Shown here: piece after piece, positions 6,170 through 15,532 of the stretch
Position numbering within the stretch: the stretch's first letter is position 1
Layout of the letters: each line of letters begins with the position of its first letter
Virus record (IMG/VR): IMGVR_UViG_3300008119_000003
Coordinates: 56,321-120,320 of that record
Direction: 5' to 3' (one strand)
From: a virus
DNA: 64,000 nucleotides
Program-made: the position numbers and the translations under genes
Notes under the pieces: model-generated
Seen by the model: the letters and a program-made list of their open reading frames with translations, nothing else
Database searches by the model: none
What the model was told of the DNA's origin: nothing

Positions 6170-6460
6170 ATGTCAGCATTTAAAGAATTACGCGGTAAAC
6201 GCATCCTAGTTACTAAGCCGGTTGCAGAAACAAAGTCTCTTATCGAGATCACTCCTGAGGTTCAGGCAGAGTTAGACAGAGAGATGATGAGCAAGTGGAC
6301 TCGTCTTACTGTATTTGCAGTAGGTACTGAGGTTACTGATATTAAATCTGGTGACCAGGTTTATATTAACGCTAGTATGCTAGCTAATGCTGAACTTATT
6401 CAGTTAGACGGAGTTGACTACATGATGGTTCTTGACCATGCTGTAGCAATTGTCTACTAA
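6170..6460 (+). CDS. groES: GroES-like co-chaperonin
   Basis: 96 aa with LRGKRILV...VFAVGTEVTDIKSGDQV...LDGVDYMMV...VAIV, the Cpn10 pattern. Confidence 0.8.
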   Translation: MSAFKELRGKRILVTKPVAETKSLIEITPEVQAELDREMMSKWTRLTVFAVGTEVTDIKSGDQVYINASMLANAELIQLDGVDYMMVLDHAVAIVY

Positions 6461-6476
6461 GAGCTACCTTAACTAA

Positions 6477-6551
6477 TAGGGTCTACTTTACTCCAAACGC
6501 TTTTTATCTCGGGATAGAATCGCGCTCGTAATGTAGGCCCTACTTTTTTTT
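6477..6551 (+). terminator. long nested hairpin ending in U8
   Basis: UAGGGUCUAC/GUAGGCCCUA encloses an inner UUUUAUC-UCGG-GAUAGAA hairpin and is followed by T8. Confidence 0.65.
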
Positions 6552-6580
6552 GTCCTGCTTCTAAAATTATTGTATCTTTG
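6549..6580 (+). promoter_or_regulatory. Bacteroidota-type promoter giving a near-leaderless transcript
   Basis: TTTG-N20-TATCTTTG, ending 4 nt before the ATG at 6585. Confidence 0.55.
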
Positions 6581-6584
6581 ATAT

Positions 6585-6875
6585 ATGAGAAATAGTCTAG
6601 CCGGAAAATCCACAGGTAAATCTAAGTCTGCTAAGTACTTTGCTGCTAATCCAGAGGCTCGTGCTAAAAAGAATGCTTATAATAAAGAGTATCATTCTGA
6701 TCCTAGCCGAGTTAACTACCGTGAAGATTTAAACAGCGCTAATCGCAAAGCTAAGACATACGGTAATGGCGATGGTAAAGACATGTCTCATACCAAAGCC
6801 GGGAAACTTGTAAAGGAATCTCGCTCTACTAACCGAGCTCGTAACGGAAAAGGAAACAATAAAAGACTTAAGTAA
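6585..6875 (+). CDS. small basic HNH-like protein
   Basis: GDGKDMSH...NRARN resembles small phage HNH-like proteins. Confidence 0.55.
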   Translation: MRNSLAGKSTGKSKSAKYFAANPEARAKKNAYNKEYHSDPSRVNYREDLNSANRKAKTYGNGDGKDMSHTKAGKLVKESRSTNRARNGKGNNKRLK

Positions 6876-7312
6876 TGGCACAACCACCTAATAACTTCTT
6901 TGCTACAAATATATTTAGACAACCTGATCCGGTATCAACACCTACAGGATCACCATTGGTTATTACTATAAACCCTTTTGCGGAAGGTATTACAGACTAT
7001 ACCTTGAGCTGTGCTATACTAGGTAGTTATGTTACATACTTTAATATAGTAGGTCCTACTATAGGTGGTACATTTACTTTTTACGTACCTAGTGTTGCAG
7101 GTTTACTAGGTCAGACTATTACTGTAAAGAATAGTGCTGATTACACAGTTAATATAGTACCATCTACTAATGCCCTTATTGATGAAGGTGCTTATTCCAA
7201 TATTGCAGTTAAAAAACCAGGAAGTACTGGAGAAATAGGAGCGGCTACATTAATGGCTAATCCTACAAATGATGACAGTTGGTATGTTGTTAACACATTT
7301 ACACAGATCTAA
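6875..7312 (+). CDS. virion fibre/decoration-like beta protein
   Basis: 145 aa, beta-rich (GQTITVKN...WYVV), coupled by a TAATG overlap. Confidence 0.6.
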   Translation: MAQPPNNFFATNIFRQPDPVSTPTGSPLVITINPFAEGITDYTLSCAILGSYVTYFNIVGPTIGGTFTFYVPSVAGLLGQTITVKNSADYTVNIVPSTNALIDEGAYSNIAVKKPGSTGEIGAATLMANPTNDDSWYVVNTFTQI

Positions 7313-7698
7313 TGGCTACTATAAATAACCGTTTTGAGAACGAGACCCTTGAGCGTCTCCGCACAATATTAACCACATTAGCTACCACCTTGAACGTAGA
7401 AATAGTTGACCCAGCTACCGGACTCCCTATGACTCCGGCTTATGACTCCAGCGTAGTTGCTGTAGGAGATGCAGTAGAAGCACTTAATGAGTCTGTAATA
7501 TTACTTAGAAGAATAGCTAAACTTCTTGAGCCAATGGCTACACAGGATACTAACCAAAGACAAAGGATTGTTATTGATAATTCCGTTGTACAACTCACAA
7601 CAAACCCTACGTCTATGGGTAATGTTGATACAAGATTTATGATTGCAGACTGGGCAAGAACAGCTTATAACACAGGGATAAGAGCAAAATTAACTTAA
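7312..7698 (+). CDS. hypothetical, possibly fibre-associated protein
   Basis: 128-aa ORF translationally coupled to its neighbours. Confidence 0.65.
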   Translation: MATINNRFENETLERLRTILTTLATTLNVEIVDPATGLPMTPAYDSSVVAVGDAVEALNESVILLRRIAKLLEPMATQDTNQRQRIVIDNSVVQLTTNPTSMGNVDTRFMIADWARTAYNTGIRAKLT

Positions 7699-7699
7699 T

Positions 7700-10516
7700 A
7701 TGCCAATTACTAATAACCTTAAAAAGCAAATAGACCAACCTGTATGGGAGTGGACTAGGTTTGCTTTAACTACTTTTAACTCTGCCGCAGCAGGATTTGC
7801 AACAGCTATAGACGGATCGGATAGATATATTTATTATCAATATCCAGGTATTTTCCAAAGATATGATACTTGGAGTGATACATGGGCATCATTGACTCCT
7901 CCAACTTGGTATGCTTCTGTTACAATAGCGTCAATGGTTTACTCTAAATCTCAAGGAAATAGAGGTAAAGTATTAGCAGGTGGAGCAAGTACTATAACTA
8001 TTCCATCTCTTATATCAGGTGCTAAATTAGTTGGGCAAAAGATTAGAATTACAGCAGGTACTGGAGCAGAGCAAACTAGAACTATATCAGCGGCTAGTGA
8101 TCCAATAACAGTTGAATCAGGAGTTCAAACAGGTGGTAATGCTAATAGTATTATAGACACCACTAAAAGATGGCAAATTAACCAATGGGTTGGATATACA
8201 GTTAGAATTGTATTCCAAGGTACTAACGTTGCTATTCAAAGAACTGTAATGTACAATGATACTAATACATTGTACTTTATAGATATTAACTTACAGCAAT
8301 ATGATCCATGGGATAACCAAGGTTTTCCTGCTGCTTTCTCAACTAGCACTTATTCTACTTATGAAATAGCTGCTCAAACAGTAACTGTAAGTTCTCCATT
8401 TACTATTGCCCCAACTACCGATAGTAGATTTATGATTATGTCTGGGGTTATTTGGTTAATGTCCTCAGCATCAGGGGCCCCATTCTTTACATGGCAAATG
8501 TATGATATACTTACAGATGTTTGGTATCAAAAAACAATGCCTCAAAACTTATTTGCTGCAGGAATAGGTGTAGAAATAGCCATTACCCCTATAGATGAAG
8601 TTGAAGCTGCTTATATATCTAGTACAGCAACAGCAGCTACTAATAGAACTTTGACTGATTCTACATTAACTCTTACTACTGACCAATATCGTAATTACCA
8701 AATCAGGACTACAGGTGGTACAGGTGCTGGGCAAAGAAGAAGAATTGTATCTAACCGTGCTACTACATTTGAAGTAGATGCTAAATGGGATGTTACTCCA
8801 AATGCAACTACTACCTATGAAATTTGGCCAGATACTGATCTTATACACTTTGTTGGTGCTTCCCAATCTGTGCATATGATATACAACGTAGAAGCAGACT
8901 TATGGTCTACGGGTCCTCACTTTGATTATGGTGTTGTTACAAATGCTAGTATAAGTAAAGTAGGAGAATTACCAATTGGTATTGCCTCAGCAATAGATGC
9001 TGGAACAGGTTCTGTAACAACAGTTGTTGTAAATGCGGCAGGATCAGGATATGCTGTAAATGATATTATTCAAATATCTGGAGGCGGTGCTAACTGCCGT
9101 CTTTATGTTACATCAACTACTACAGCAGGTGGCGTTACAGGAGTTGCATTTAAAAATAATGGGTCAGGATATGCTACATCTACTGCTACTGCGACAACAG
9201 CAGTATCAGGCACAGGATCTGGATGCACTATAAATGTAACTGCTATTGGAAGAACAGGTTTAGTTTCAACTAGTATAAATCATTTCCTTAAAGTAGGAGA
9301 TAGTGTAACAATTGCAGGATCTTCCGTAGCAGGGTGGAATGGAACTTATACAATTTTAAGTGTTGATACCAATACTAATTTTACTATAGCAAGTACAGCA
9401 ACAGCATCTCTTACAGCAACCTCTGCTAATAGCACAGTTCTTTTAGTAGATAGTGTAAAAAATTGGGATGTTAACGAACACGTTGGAAAATTTGTATTTA
9501 TAGCAGCAAATGCAATTCAACCTGCGACTCAAATGAGACGGATAACATCTAATACTGCTAACACTATTACAGTACCTGCATTTACGGCATTTACTCCTAC
9601 ATCAGGAACAACTAGATATATAATTATTGACCCTGCATCTTACGGAAGAGATGTTAAGTTTTTAACAGATAATCAATTGTCTTGGGGATATCCAACAAGT
9701 GGAACTACAACCTCTATTGTAGATACAACTAAGAACTGGATTAGAGGTACATGGGTAGGTCACGCTGTAAGGATTACAGCAGGTACAGGGCTTGGAAATG
9801 AGTTAACAATTACTGCTAACAACAACAATACTCTAACTTTTGCTACCGCATCATTTACTCCAGATACTACTACTCGTTATGAGATAATGGACACATTTGG
9901 GACTGCTACATCAGGAGCAGGAAATACTTTAACAGATACTACTAAAAACTGGGTAACTAACCAATGGCTTGGTAAACGTATAAGAATTATAGGAGGGACA
10001 GGAGCTGGAACAGAACTTAGTATTACTAGCAATACAGCAACAGCCATAACTTTCTCTGGAGCTACTCCTGATAATACATCTAACTATGTAATTCTTGGTC
10101 CTCCTGTAAGGGGTGCTGGAACTAATCTTAAATGGTTGTGGGGTAATGGCAATCATAAATACCTATTCTCCCCACTTGGTTCAGCAACAATAGGTGTGAC
10201 AAAAATTGATCTTACTACAGGTATATGTGATTACTGGTATCAGAACTCTGGTCAAGGTGAAACATTTACCACAGGATCTATGTGGGCATATGATGGTGCA
10301 GATAGAGTATATGTTCAAAAAGATGCTACAGGCCGTATATTCTACTTTGACATGGTTAAAAGAGAAATGGTTAACTCAGGAACTGTGCCTTATGGTATGT
10401 CTACTGCATTTGTAGGAAATAGAATGGAGATAATTAAAACCGAGGATGGTTTGAAGTATCTTTATGTGGCGAGACATAATGCTACAGAAATGTGGAGAAC
10501 TTTGGTATTTTGGTAA
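7700..10516 (+). CDS. large fibre/spike-like virion protein with about 6 repeated beta modules and propeller-like ends
   Basis: Repeats of DTTKNWxxNQWxGxxxRIxxGTGAG...IxSNTA; Thr/Gly-rich. Confidence 0.7.
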   Translation: MPITNNLKKQIDQPVWEWTRFALTTFNSAAAGFATAIDGSDRYIYYQYPGIFQRYDTWSDTWASLTPPTWYASVTIASMVYSKSQGNRGKVLAGGASTITIPSLISGAKLVGQKIRITAGTGAEQTRTISAASDPITVESGVQTGGNANSIIDTTKRWQINQWVGYTVRIVFQGTNVAIQRTVMYNDTNTLYFIDINLQQYDPWDNQGFPAAFSTSTYSTYEIAAQTVTVSSPFTIAPTTDSRFMIMSGVIWLMSSASGAPFFTWQMYDILTDVWYQKTMPQNLFAAGIGVEIAITPIDEVEAAYISSTATAATNRTLTDSTLTLTTDQYRNYQIRTTGGTGAGQRRRIVSNRATTFEVDAKWDVTPNATTTYEIWPDTDLIHFVGASQSVHMIYNVEADLWSTGPHFDYGVVTNASISKVGELPIGIASAIDAGTGSVTTVVVNAAGSGYAVNDIIQISGGGANCRLYVTSTTTAGGVTGVAFKNNGSGYATSTATATTAVSGTGSGCTINVTAIGRTGLVSTSINHFLKVGDSVTIAGSSVAGWNGTYTILSVDTNTNFTIASTATASLTATSANSTVLLVDSVKNWDVNEHVGKFVFIAANAIQPATQMRRITSNTANTITVPAFTAFTPTSGTTRYIIIDPASYGRDVKFLTDNQLSWGYPTSGTTTSIVDTTKNWIRGTWVGHAVRITAGTGLGNELTITANNNNTLTFATASFTPDTTTRYEIMDTFGTATSGAGNTLTDTTKNWVTNQWLGKRIRIIGGTGAGTELSITSNTATAITFSGATPDNTSNYVILGPPVRGAGTNLKWLWGNGNHKYLFSPLGSATIGVTKIDLTTGICDYWYQNSGQGETFTTGSMWAYDGADRVYVQKDATGRIFYFDMVKREMVNSGTVPYGMSTAFVGNRMEIIKTEDGLKYLYVARHNATEMWRTLVFW

Positions 10517-10585
10517 ACTGTTGCATAATTACCTATTCCTTTGTATATTAGTATATAAATATTTATAACTCAAACCTTTAAAGAA

Positions 10586-11062
10586 ATGGATATCCTAAAC
10601 TGGTTATTTACCCAAGATCAGAACTTGATCAAAACTACCATTAACAACAAGAATACAGACTTGATTGCTATGGCAGCTGACGTTTCATTTGATAAGCGTT
10701 CAGATAAGTGGCAAACTTATGCAATGACAGCGGCTAACTTTGCTCCAGCATTGTATGATACAGCTAACGTTACACAACTTACTAGTAATAATACAAATGT
10801 TACTGTTAATGCTCATACAGGTGTTATTACCTTATTCGGTACGATTAACACGTCAAGCCAAGCTTCATTTGGTGTTCGTAATACAAAAGTTACAGCAAAC
10901 TCTAAAATCTTTTTGCAGTTAAGCCATACTGCTGGTATAAGTGTTGTAATTTCACAAGTTACCATTGAAGCACCAACAGCAGGAACTTTTGGAATTCAAA
11001 TTACAAATGGAGCAGGTGCGCCTTTAACTGGTGTGAAGATCCATTATATGATAATCGACTAA
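10586..11062 (+). CDS. head fibre/decoration-like protein, paralog A
   Basis: First about 53 aa shared with 12434-12964; beta-sandwich-like C-terminus. Confidence 0.7.
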   Translation: MDILNWLFTQDQNLIKTTINNKNTDLIAMAADVSFDKRSDKWQTYAMTAANFAPALYDTANVTQLTSNNTNVTVNAHTGVITLFGTINTSSQASFGVRNTKVTANSKIFLQLSHTAGISVVISQVTIEAPTAGTFGIQITNGAGAPLTGVKIHYMIID

Positions 11063-11073
11063 TACTTATTACT

Positions 11074-12432
11074 ATGTCTATAGGGAATCTAAAAGATGAA
11101 GGTAACAAAGGTAATAACTTCCCTTGGCAGCTGAAAATGCTCCAAGGGCTTAGTGCTCTTAGTACCGGAATAAATAATTTAGTTGGAGCATTGACTCCAA
11201 CACCTAATCCAGCAGTACCTGCAGCACTTACGGTAGTACCTGAGGATGTTGCAGAAGATGCTTCTTTTAGGTCTCGAGTATCTCAGATTACTACACTGGG
11301 CGATCTTAAATCTATTAACAGATACCGCACAGACATCTGGTTACAGAACTCTATAGGAACAGGTGCTGTATCTTGGGGTAATAATATTTTTAATCTTGCT
11401 GTTACCGCAAATGGAGATAGTGCGATAATTCAATCTAAGGTATCGTTTCCTTACTTTGCAGGTAAATCCCAACTTGTAGAATGTACTTTCTCTGACTTTG
11501 ATCCAATACCTAATGTAAGTAAAAGAGTTGGTTACTACGATTATTTTTCAGGTGGTAGTAAACCAGATGGTTTTTGGTTAGAATCTGGCCCAAACAATAC
11601 TGTTACTTTCAAATTTAATAATGCTATAGGAGGTGTTAGTTACGAATATCCTGCTTCTGACTGGACCAATAGGGATTTTGTTGATCATGACTGGGCTCAG
11701 TTTAACGTAGTCATGTTTGACTTTTTATGGTTAGGCGGTTTACGTTTACGCATGTTTATATCAGGACCTAAGGGCTTTACCTTGGCTCATGAAGTAAATT
11801 ATGCAGGGCAAATGGGGGAAGCCGAACCGTTTATAGGGTATCCTTCACATCCTGTTACATATGAGATATCTACTTCTGCAGCACCAGGAGGTACTTATAG
11901 CTTTAAGCCTATTTGCTCACAAGTAGCATCCGAAGGAGCTGTTGATAACGCGGGTATAATGAGAGCTTGTGGTAATAGAAATACAGCAATTACTTTAACC
12001 GGGGCTGGTACTAGTTTTCCAGTACTTGCTGTACGTAAAGCATTTGCAAATTCTCCAGTCAAACTAGTAAGTTTTGAATTATCAGTTGCTACTGGTTCAG
12101 ATAGAGTATATTGGGAAATACAAATTAATCCTACACTAAGCGGGGCATTAACGTATAATCAAATTGATGCTCAATCTACTACGCAGTTTGCAGTAGGTAA
12201 TGGTACACTTACAGTTACAGGAGCAGGTAGAGTAATTGCATCTGGTTATTTATCTACAGGGCAAGCTGTAAGAACTGTAAACTTTGAGGATAATTTTTTA
12301 TCTCTTTTAGGTGGTGTTAATCCTGCTATTCCTTCTTCACCAACATTTGCCCCAGACCAATACGTACTTGTAGTAATCCCATTAACCTCACCTGTAAACG
12401 TGCTTGCTAGTATGCAAGTTAAAGAATTATAA
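11074..12432 (+). CDS. virion structural protein, beta-sandwich/lectin-like
   Basis: 452 aa with FPYFAGKSQL and DFLWLGGLRLR, resembling phage fibre/decoration domains. Confidence 0.6.
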   Translation: MSIGNLKDEGNKGNNFPWQLKMLQGLSALSTGINNLVGALTPTPNPAVPAALTVVPEDVAEDASFRSRVSQITTLGDLKSINRYRTDIWLQNSIGTGAVSWGNNIFNLAVTANGDSAIIQSKVSFPYFAGKSQLVECTFSDFDPIPNVSKRVGYYDYFSGGSKPDGFWLESGPNNTVTFKFNNAIGGVSYEYPASDWTNRDFVDHDWAQFNVVMFDFLWLGGLRLRMFISGPKGFTLAHEVNYAGQMGEAEPFIGYPSHPVTYEISTSAAPGGTYSFKPICSQVASEGAVDNAGIMRACGNRNTAITLTGAGTSFPVLAVRKAFANSPVKLVSFELSVATGSDRVYWEIQINPTLSGALTYNQIDAQSTTQFAVGNGTLTVTGAGRVIASGYLSTGQAVRTVNFEDNFLSLLGGVNPAIPSSPTFAPDQYVLVVIPLTSPVNVLASMQVKEL

Positions 12433-12433
12433 A

Positions 12434-12964
12434 ATGGATATCTTAAACCTTCTTTATTTAAAAGCAAAGTCTTATCTAAAGACAACAGTTGATAATCGTA
12501 ACCAAGACTTAGTTGTTCTTGGAGCTAATGTTGGTTTTGACAAACGCCAAGATAAATATCAGGTTTACGGTATGACTGTATCTGATTTTGCTTTACAGTC
12601 AAGACCTTATAAGTCTTATGTTGCAATACTTACACAAACCGGTACCGCTGCTCCAACTGTAGCTACGATATTAGATAATACATTAGGTGGTACTATTGTA
12701 TGGACCCGAACAGCTGCAGGTAACTATACAGGTACTTTAACGGGTGCATTCACTGCTAGTAAAACTATTGGTGTAGCAAGCCCTATTGCACTTAGTGCAA
12801 CAGCTATGTCAGTTGCATCAGGAGCGATTAGACAGAATAATGCTAATACCATAAATCTTCTAACATATGGTGGAGATGGGTCAGGAGGTTTTATATATGG
12901 AGACTTTAGTGGTGGTGGAGGATTTACAGGAACAATAATTGTAGACATTAAAGTATATTTATAA
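12434..12964 (+). CDS. head fibre/decoration-like protein, paralog B; start reassigned to 12434
   Basis: MDILNLL...FDKRQDKYQVYGMT aligns with paralog A; YKSYVAILTQTGTAAPT domain follows. Confidence 0.7.
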   Translation: MDILNLLYLKAKSYLKTTVDNRNQDLVVLGANVGFDKRQDKYQVYGMTVSDFALQSRPYKSYVAILTQTGTAAPTVATILDNTLGGTIVWTRTAAGNYTGTLTGAFTASKTIGVASPIALSATAMSVASGAIRQNNANTINLLTYGGDGSGGFIYGDFSGGGGFTGTIIVDIKVYL

Positions 12965-12968
12965 TAAC

Positions 12969-13322
12969 ATGGGATCAGCAGACGCATGGATGTTTAGCAC
13001 CAAAGATGTAATCTGGATAGCAATGACAATAGGTTCAGGTTTATCAGCGTATTACGCTCTTAAGCAAGAGCTAGGAAAGTTAAAAGGAAAAGTAGACAAA
13101 CTTGCTGGAGATATGGTATCTCTAGAGGCTGATCTTACAGCTAAAGAGACTAATATCTATAACAGAATGGAAATACTAAAAGAAGATCAGAAAGCTGCGC
13201 ACGAGAAGCTTGATCTAAAAATGGATAACTTAACTACTCATATGACACAGTTAAGTACTAATATTGCAGAGCTTACGGGCTATATAAAAGCAAAGAGAGA
13301 AGAGGACGGTAAACGTTCTTAG
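12969..13322 (+). CDS. single-TM coiled-coil protein (holin-like candidate)
   Basis: Hydrophobic VIWIAMTIGSGLSAYYAL followed by heptad repeats. Confidence 0.55.
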   Translation: MGSADAWMFSTKDVIWIAMTIGSGLSAYYALKQELGKLKGKVDKLAGDMVSLEADLTAKETNIYNRMEILKEDQKAAHEKLDLKMDNLTTHMTQLSTNIAELTGYIKAKREEDGKRS

Positions 13323-13351
13323 TTTTCATAGATTAGTTTAGTTTTAGGTTA

Positions 13352-13384
13352 AGTACCTGGGCAAACGTGCCTGGGTATTTTTTT
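13352..13384 (+). terminator. intrinsic terminator
   Basis: AGUACCUGGGCA-AACG-UGCCUGGGUAUU followed by a U tract. Confidence 0.75.
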
Positions 13385-13392
13385 GTTTAAAT

Positions 13393-13423
13393 GTTGTAAG
13401 TTTAAACTTTTTATCTATATTTG
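13393..13423 (+). promoter_or_regulatory. Bacteroidota-type promoter with a palindromic operator in the spacer
   Basis: GTTG-N19-TATATTTG, with the perfect palindrome AAGTTTAAACTT at 13398-13409. Confidence 0.6.
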
Positions 13424-13445
13424 TCTAAACCTAAATAAGTTAGAC

Positions 13446-13700
13446 ATGGAAAACCAACAAGTTTCAGCAGAAGAAATGGCTGCTAAAAAACAAGAATTGA
13501 TCGCATCATTTGCCGAACAATCTGAAATGTTAGAAGTACAATTGAAGTACGAAACATTAATTGCTGATATCGAAGAACAACGTCTACGTGCTTTAGTAGC
13601 ACAGATGCGCGCTGCTCAGATATTAGCTCCGGCTCCTGAGCCAAAAGAAGAAGGTCCTAAAGAACCTACTGCTCCACGAACTCTTAAGAAAGAGAAATAA
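13446..13700 (+). CDS. coiled-coil hypothetical protein; start reassigned to 13446
   Basis: MENQQVSAEE...; the track's TTG start overlaps the terminator and promoter. Confidence 0.75.
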   Translation: MENQQVSAEEMAAKKQELIASFAEQSEMLEVQLKYETLIADIEEQRLRALVAQMRAAQILAPAPEPKEEGPKEPTAPRTLKKEK

Positions 13701-14083
13701 TGGCTGTAGTAAATCAGGTACGAAAAACAGTTAGAATGGACTTGTGGAGTATTGTCAAGTTCCAACTAGCTGTGCATTGCCATTTAAAGGCACTAAATGT
13801 ATCTGATCAGGACTTAAGCTGTCTTACTTTCTTAGCTCTATCGGGGGAGAAAGAACTTACGGAATTCTGTGAGGCTGCTACTAAGAACAAGATTTTTGGT
13901 AGCAGCCAATCAGTTCGTAATGCAATTACTAAAGCTGAAAAGAAAAGCTTAGTAGTTAAGAACGGAAAAAGCAAGAAAAAGATATCTTTAAGCGATGACC
14001 TAAAGATACAGATTACAGGTAATATTTTGTTGGACTATAAATTCGTACACGTTGAACCCAAAGAAGTCCAACAACCTGCATAA
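13700..14083 (+). CDS. winged-HTH-like DNA-binding protein
   Basis: LSCLTFLAL...SSQSVRNAITKAEKKSLVVK fits a wHTH pattern. Confidence 0.55.
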   Translation: MAVVNQVRKTVRMDLWSIVKFQLAVHCHLKALNVSDQDLSCLTFLALSGEKELTEFCEAATKNKIFGSSQSVRNAITKAEKKSLVVKNGKSKKKISLSDDLKIQITGNILLDYKFVHVEPKEVQQPA

Positions 14084-14447
14084 AGATTTAGCTGAAGAGC
14101 TAGGTCTATCTGAAGCACTAGTTTCTGATATTGTTTCATACTACTGGAGTAATGTTAGAAAGTATTTAGAATCGATGGATGAGCCCGTTATAGACGTGGA
14201 GAATCTCGGAGTATTCTATACAAAAAGTAAATGCCTTCATAAAGAGATACAAAAAAATGAAGACTACGTTAGAATTATCAATCCTGCCAACTTAAAAAAA
14301 TTTCAGTTTTATAATACAGCTCAACAACGTTTGAAACGATTCTATTCCTTAAAGCAAAAGCTTGAAGATCAGTTAAGTTTGAAACACCAATTTAAAGCAA
14401 CTAAAAATGAAAATCTTAGAAAAGATCAAGACGGTTTGGAGCACTAA
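14052..14447 (+). CDS. HU/IHF-like DNA-binding protein
   Basis: DLAEELGLSEALVSDIV...IDVENLGVF. Confidence 0.65.
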   Translation: MNPKKSNNLHKDLAEELGLSEALVSDIVSYYWSNVRKYLESMDEPVIDVENLGVFYTKSKCLHKEIQKNEDYVRIINPANLKKFQFYNTAQQRLKRFYSLKQKLEDQLSLKHQFKATKNENLRKDQDGLEH

Positions 14448-14739
14448 GTGGCTCATTATCGAAGGAGTTTTTAACTACTATTTTACCCGCAAAAAAATAG
14501 AGAAGATTGCATATTGGCGTAATGAAATATGTAATAGTTGTCCATTAATAGATTTAGTAGGAGATAAATGTCTGGTGCCTGGTACTCAACCTTGTTGTAG
14601 CGACTGCGGTTGTTCCCTTAAATATAAACTTCGTAGCATGTCTTCGGAATGCCCTAAGGGTCAATGGTTTGCTGTAATGACTGAGGAAGAGGAAGATGCA
14701 TTAAATGCTAAACTAGGAAACAATGGCAATAGTATTTAA
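14407..14739 (+). CDS. Cys-rich zinc-finger protein
   Basis: CNSC...CCSDCGCSL...CPKGQW. Confidence 0.7.
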   Translation: MKILEKIKTVWSTKWLIIEGVFNYYFTRKKIEKIAYWRNEICNSCPLIDLVGDKCLVPGTQPCCSDCGCSLKYKLRSMSSECPKGQWFAVMTEEEEDALNAKLGNNGNSI

Positions 14740-15532
14740 ACCCGAGACCCATAGTTACATAAGTATAGATCCTAATGAGAATATCACATGGACTAGTGTA
14801 ACAGGTATTATATCTAAACTTAAGAAAACTTTCGATGCTGATGCTATAGCTCTTGCTTCATCTAAGAAGAAGAAAAGCAAATGGTATGGTATGTCCCCTG
14901 AGGATATTAAAGAAGCCTGGAAGAATGAATCACAGAAGGCTGTTAATCTCGGCACATGGTATCATAACCAAAGAGAAGCTGCTTATACATCTTGTAATAC
15001 TATAGAACAAGATGGGATTATTATCCCTATTTTTAAACCTATAGAGTCTGACGGTATTAAAAAAGCTCCGGAACAAAAGCTTGTAGACGGGATATATCCT
15101 GAACATATGGTGTATCTCAAGAGCGCTGGATTATGCGGACAGGCCGATAGAGTAGAAGTAATAAAAGGTATAGTAAATATTTATGATTACAAGACTAATA
15201 AAGAAATTAAAACTGAGGGTTATACTAACTGGGAAGGAATCACTGATAGAATGCTTGATCCAGTTAGTCACTTGGACGATTGTAATCTTAACCATTATGC
15301 ATTACAGTTAAGTTTCTATATGTATATGATTCTTAAACATAATCCTCGCATGCGCGCGGGAAAAATGATCATAGAACATATAGTATTTAAAGAGGCCGGA
15401 AGAGATGCATATGATAACAGAGTTGTACTATATGATGAATTTGGTGAGCCTGTAGTAGACAAAATTGTACAATATGATGTACCTTATTTAAAAGAAGAAG
15501 TCATTAACGTTATCAAGATGCTTAAAGAATGA
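14723..15532 (+). CDS. PD-(D/E)XK family exonuclease
   Basis: SVTGII...GTWYH...E...CGQAD...IYDYKT...YALQLSFY. Confidence 0.85.
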   Translation: MAIVFKPETHSYISIDPNENITWTSVTGIISKLKKTFDADAIALASSKKKKSKWYGMSPEDIKEAWKNESQKAVNLGTWYHNQREAAYTSCNTIEQDGIIIPIFKPIESDGIKKAPEQKLVDGIYPEHMVYLKSAGLCGQADRVEVIKGIVNIYDYKTNKEIKTEGYTNWEGITDRMLDPVSHLDDCNLNHYALQLSFYMYMILKHNPRMRAGKMIIEHIVFKEAGRDAYDNRVVLYDEFGEPVVDKIVQYDVPYLKEEVINVIKMLKE

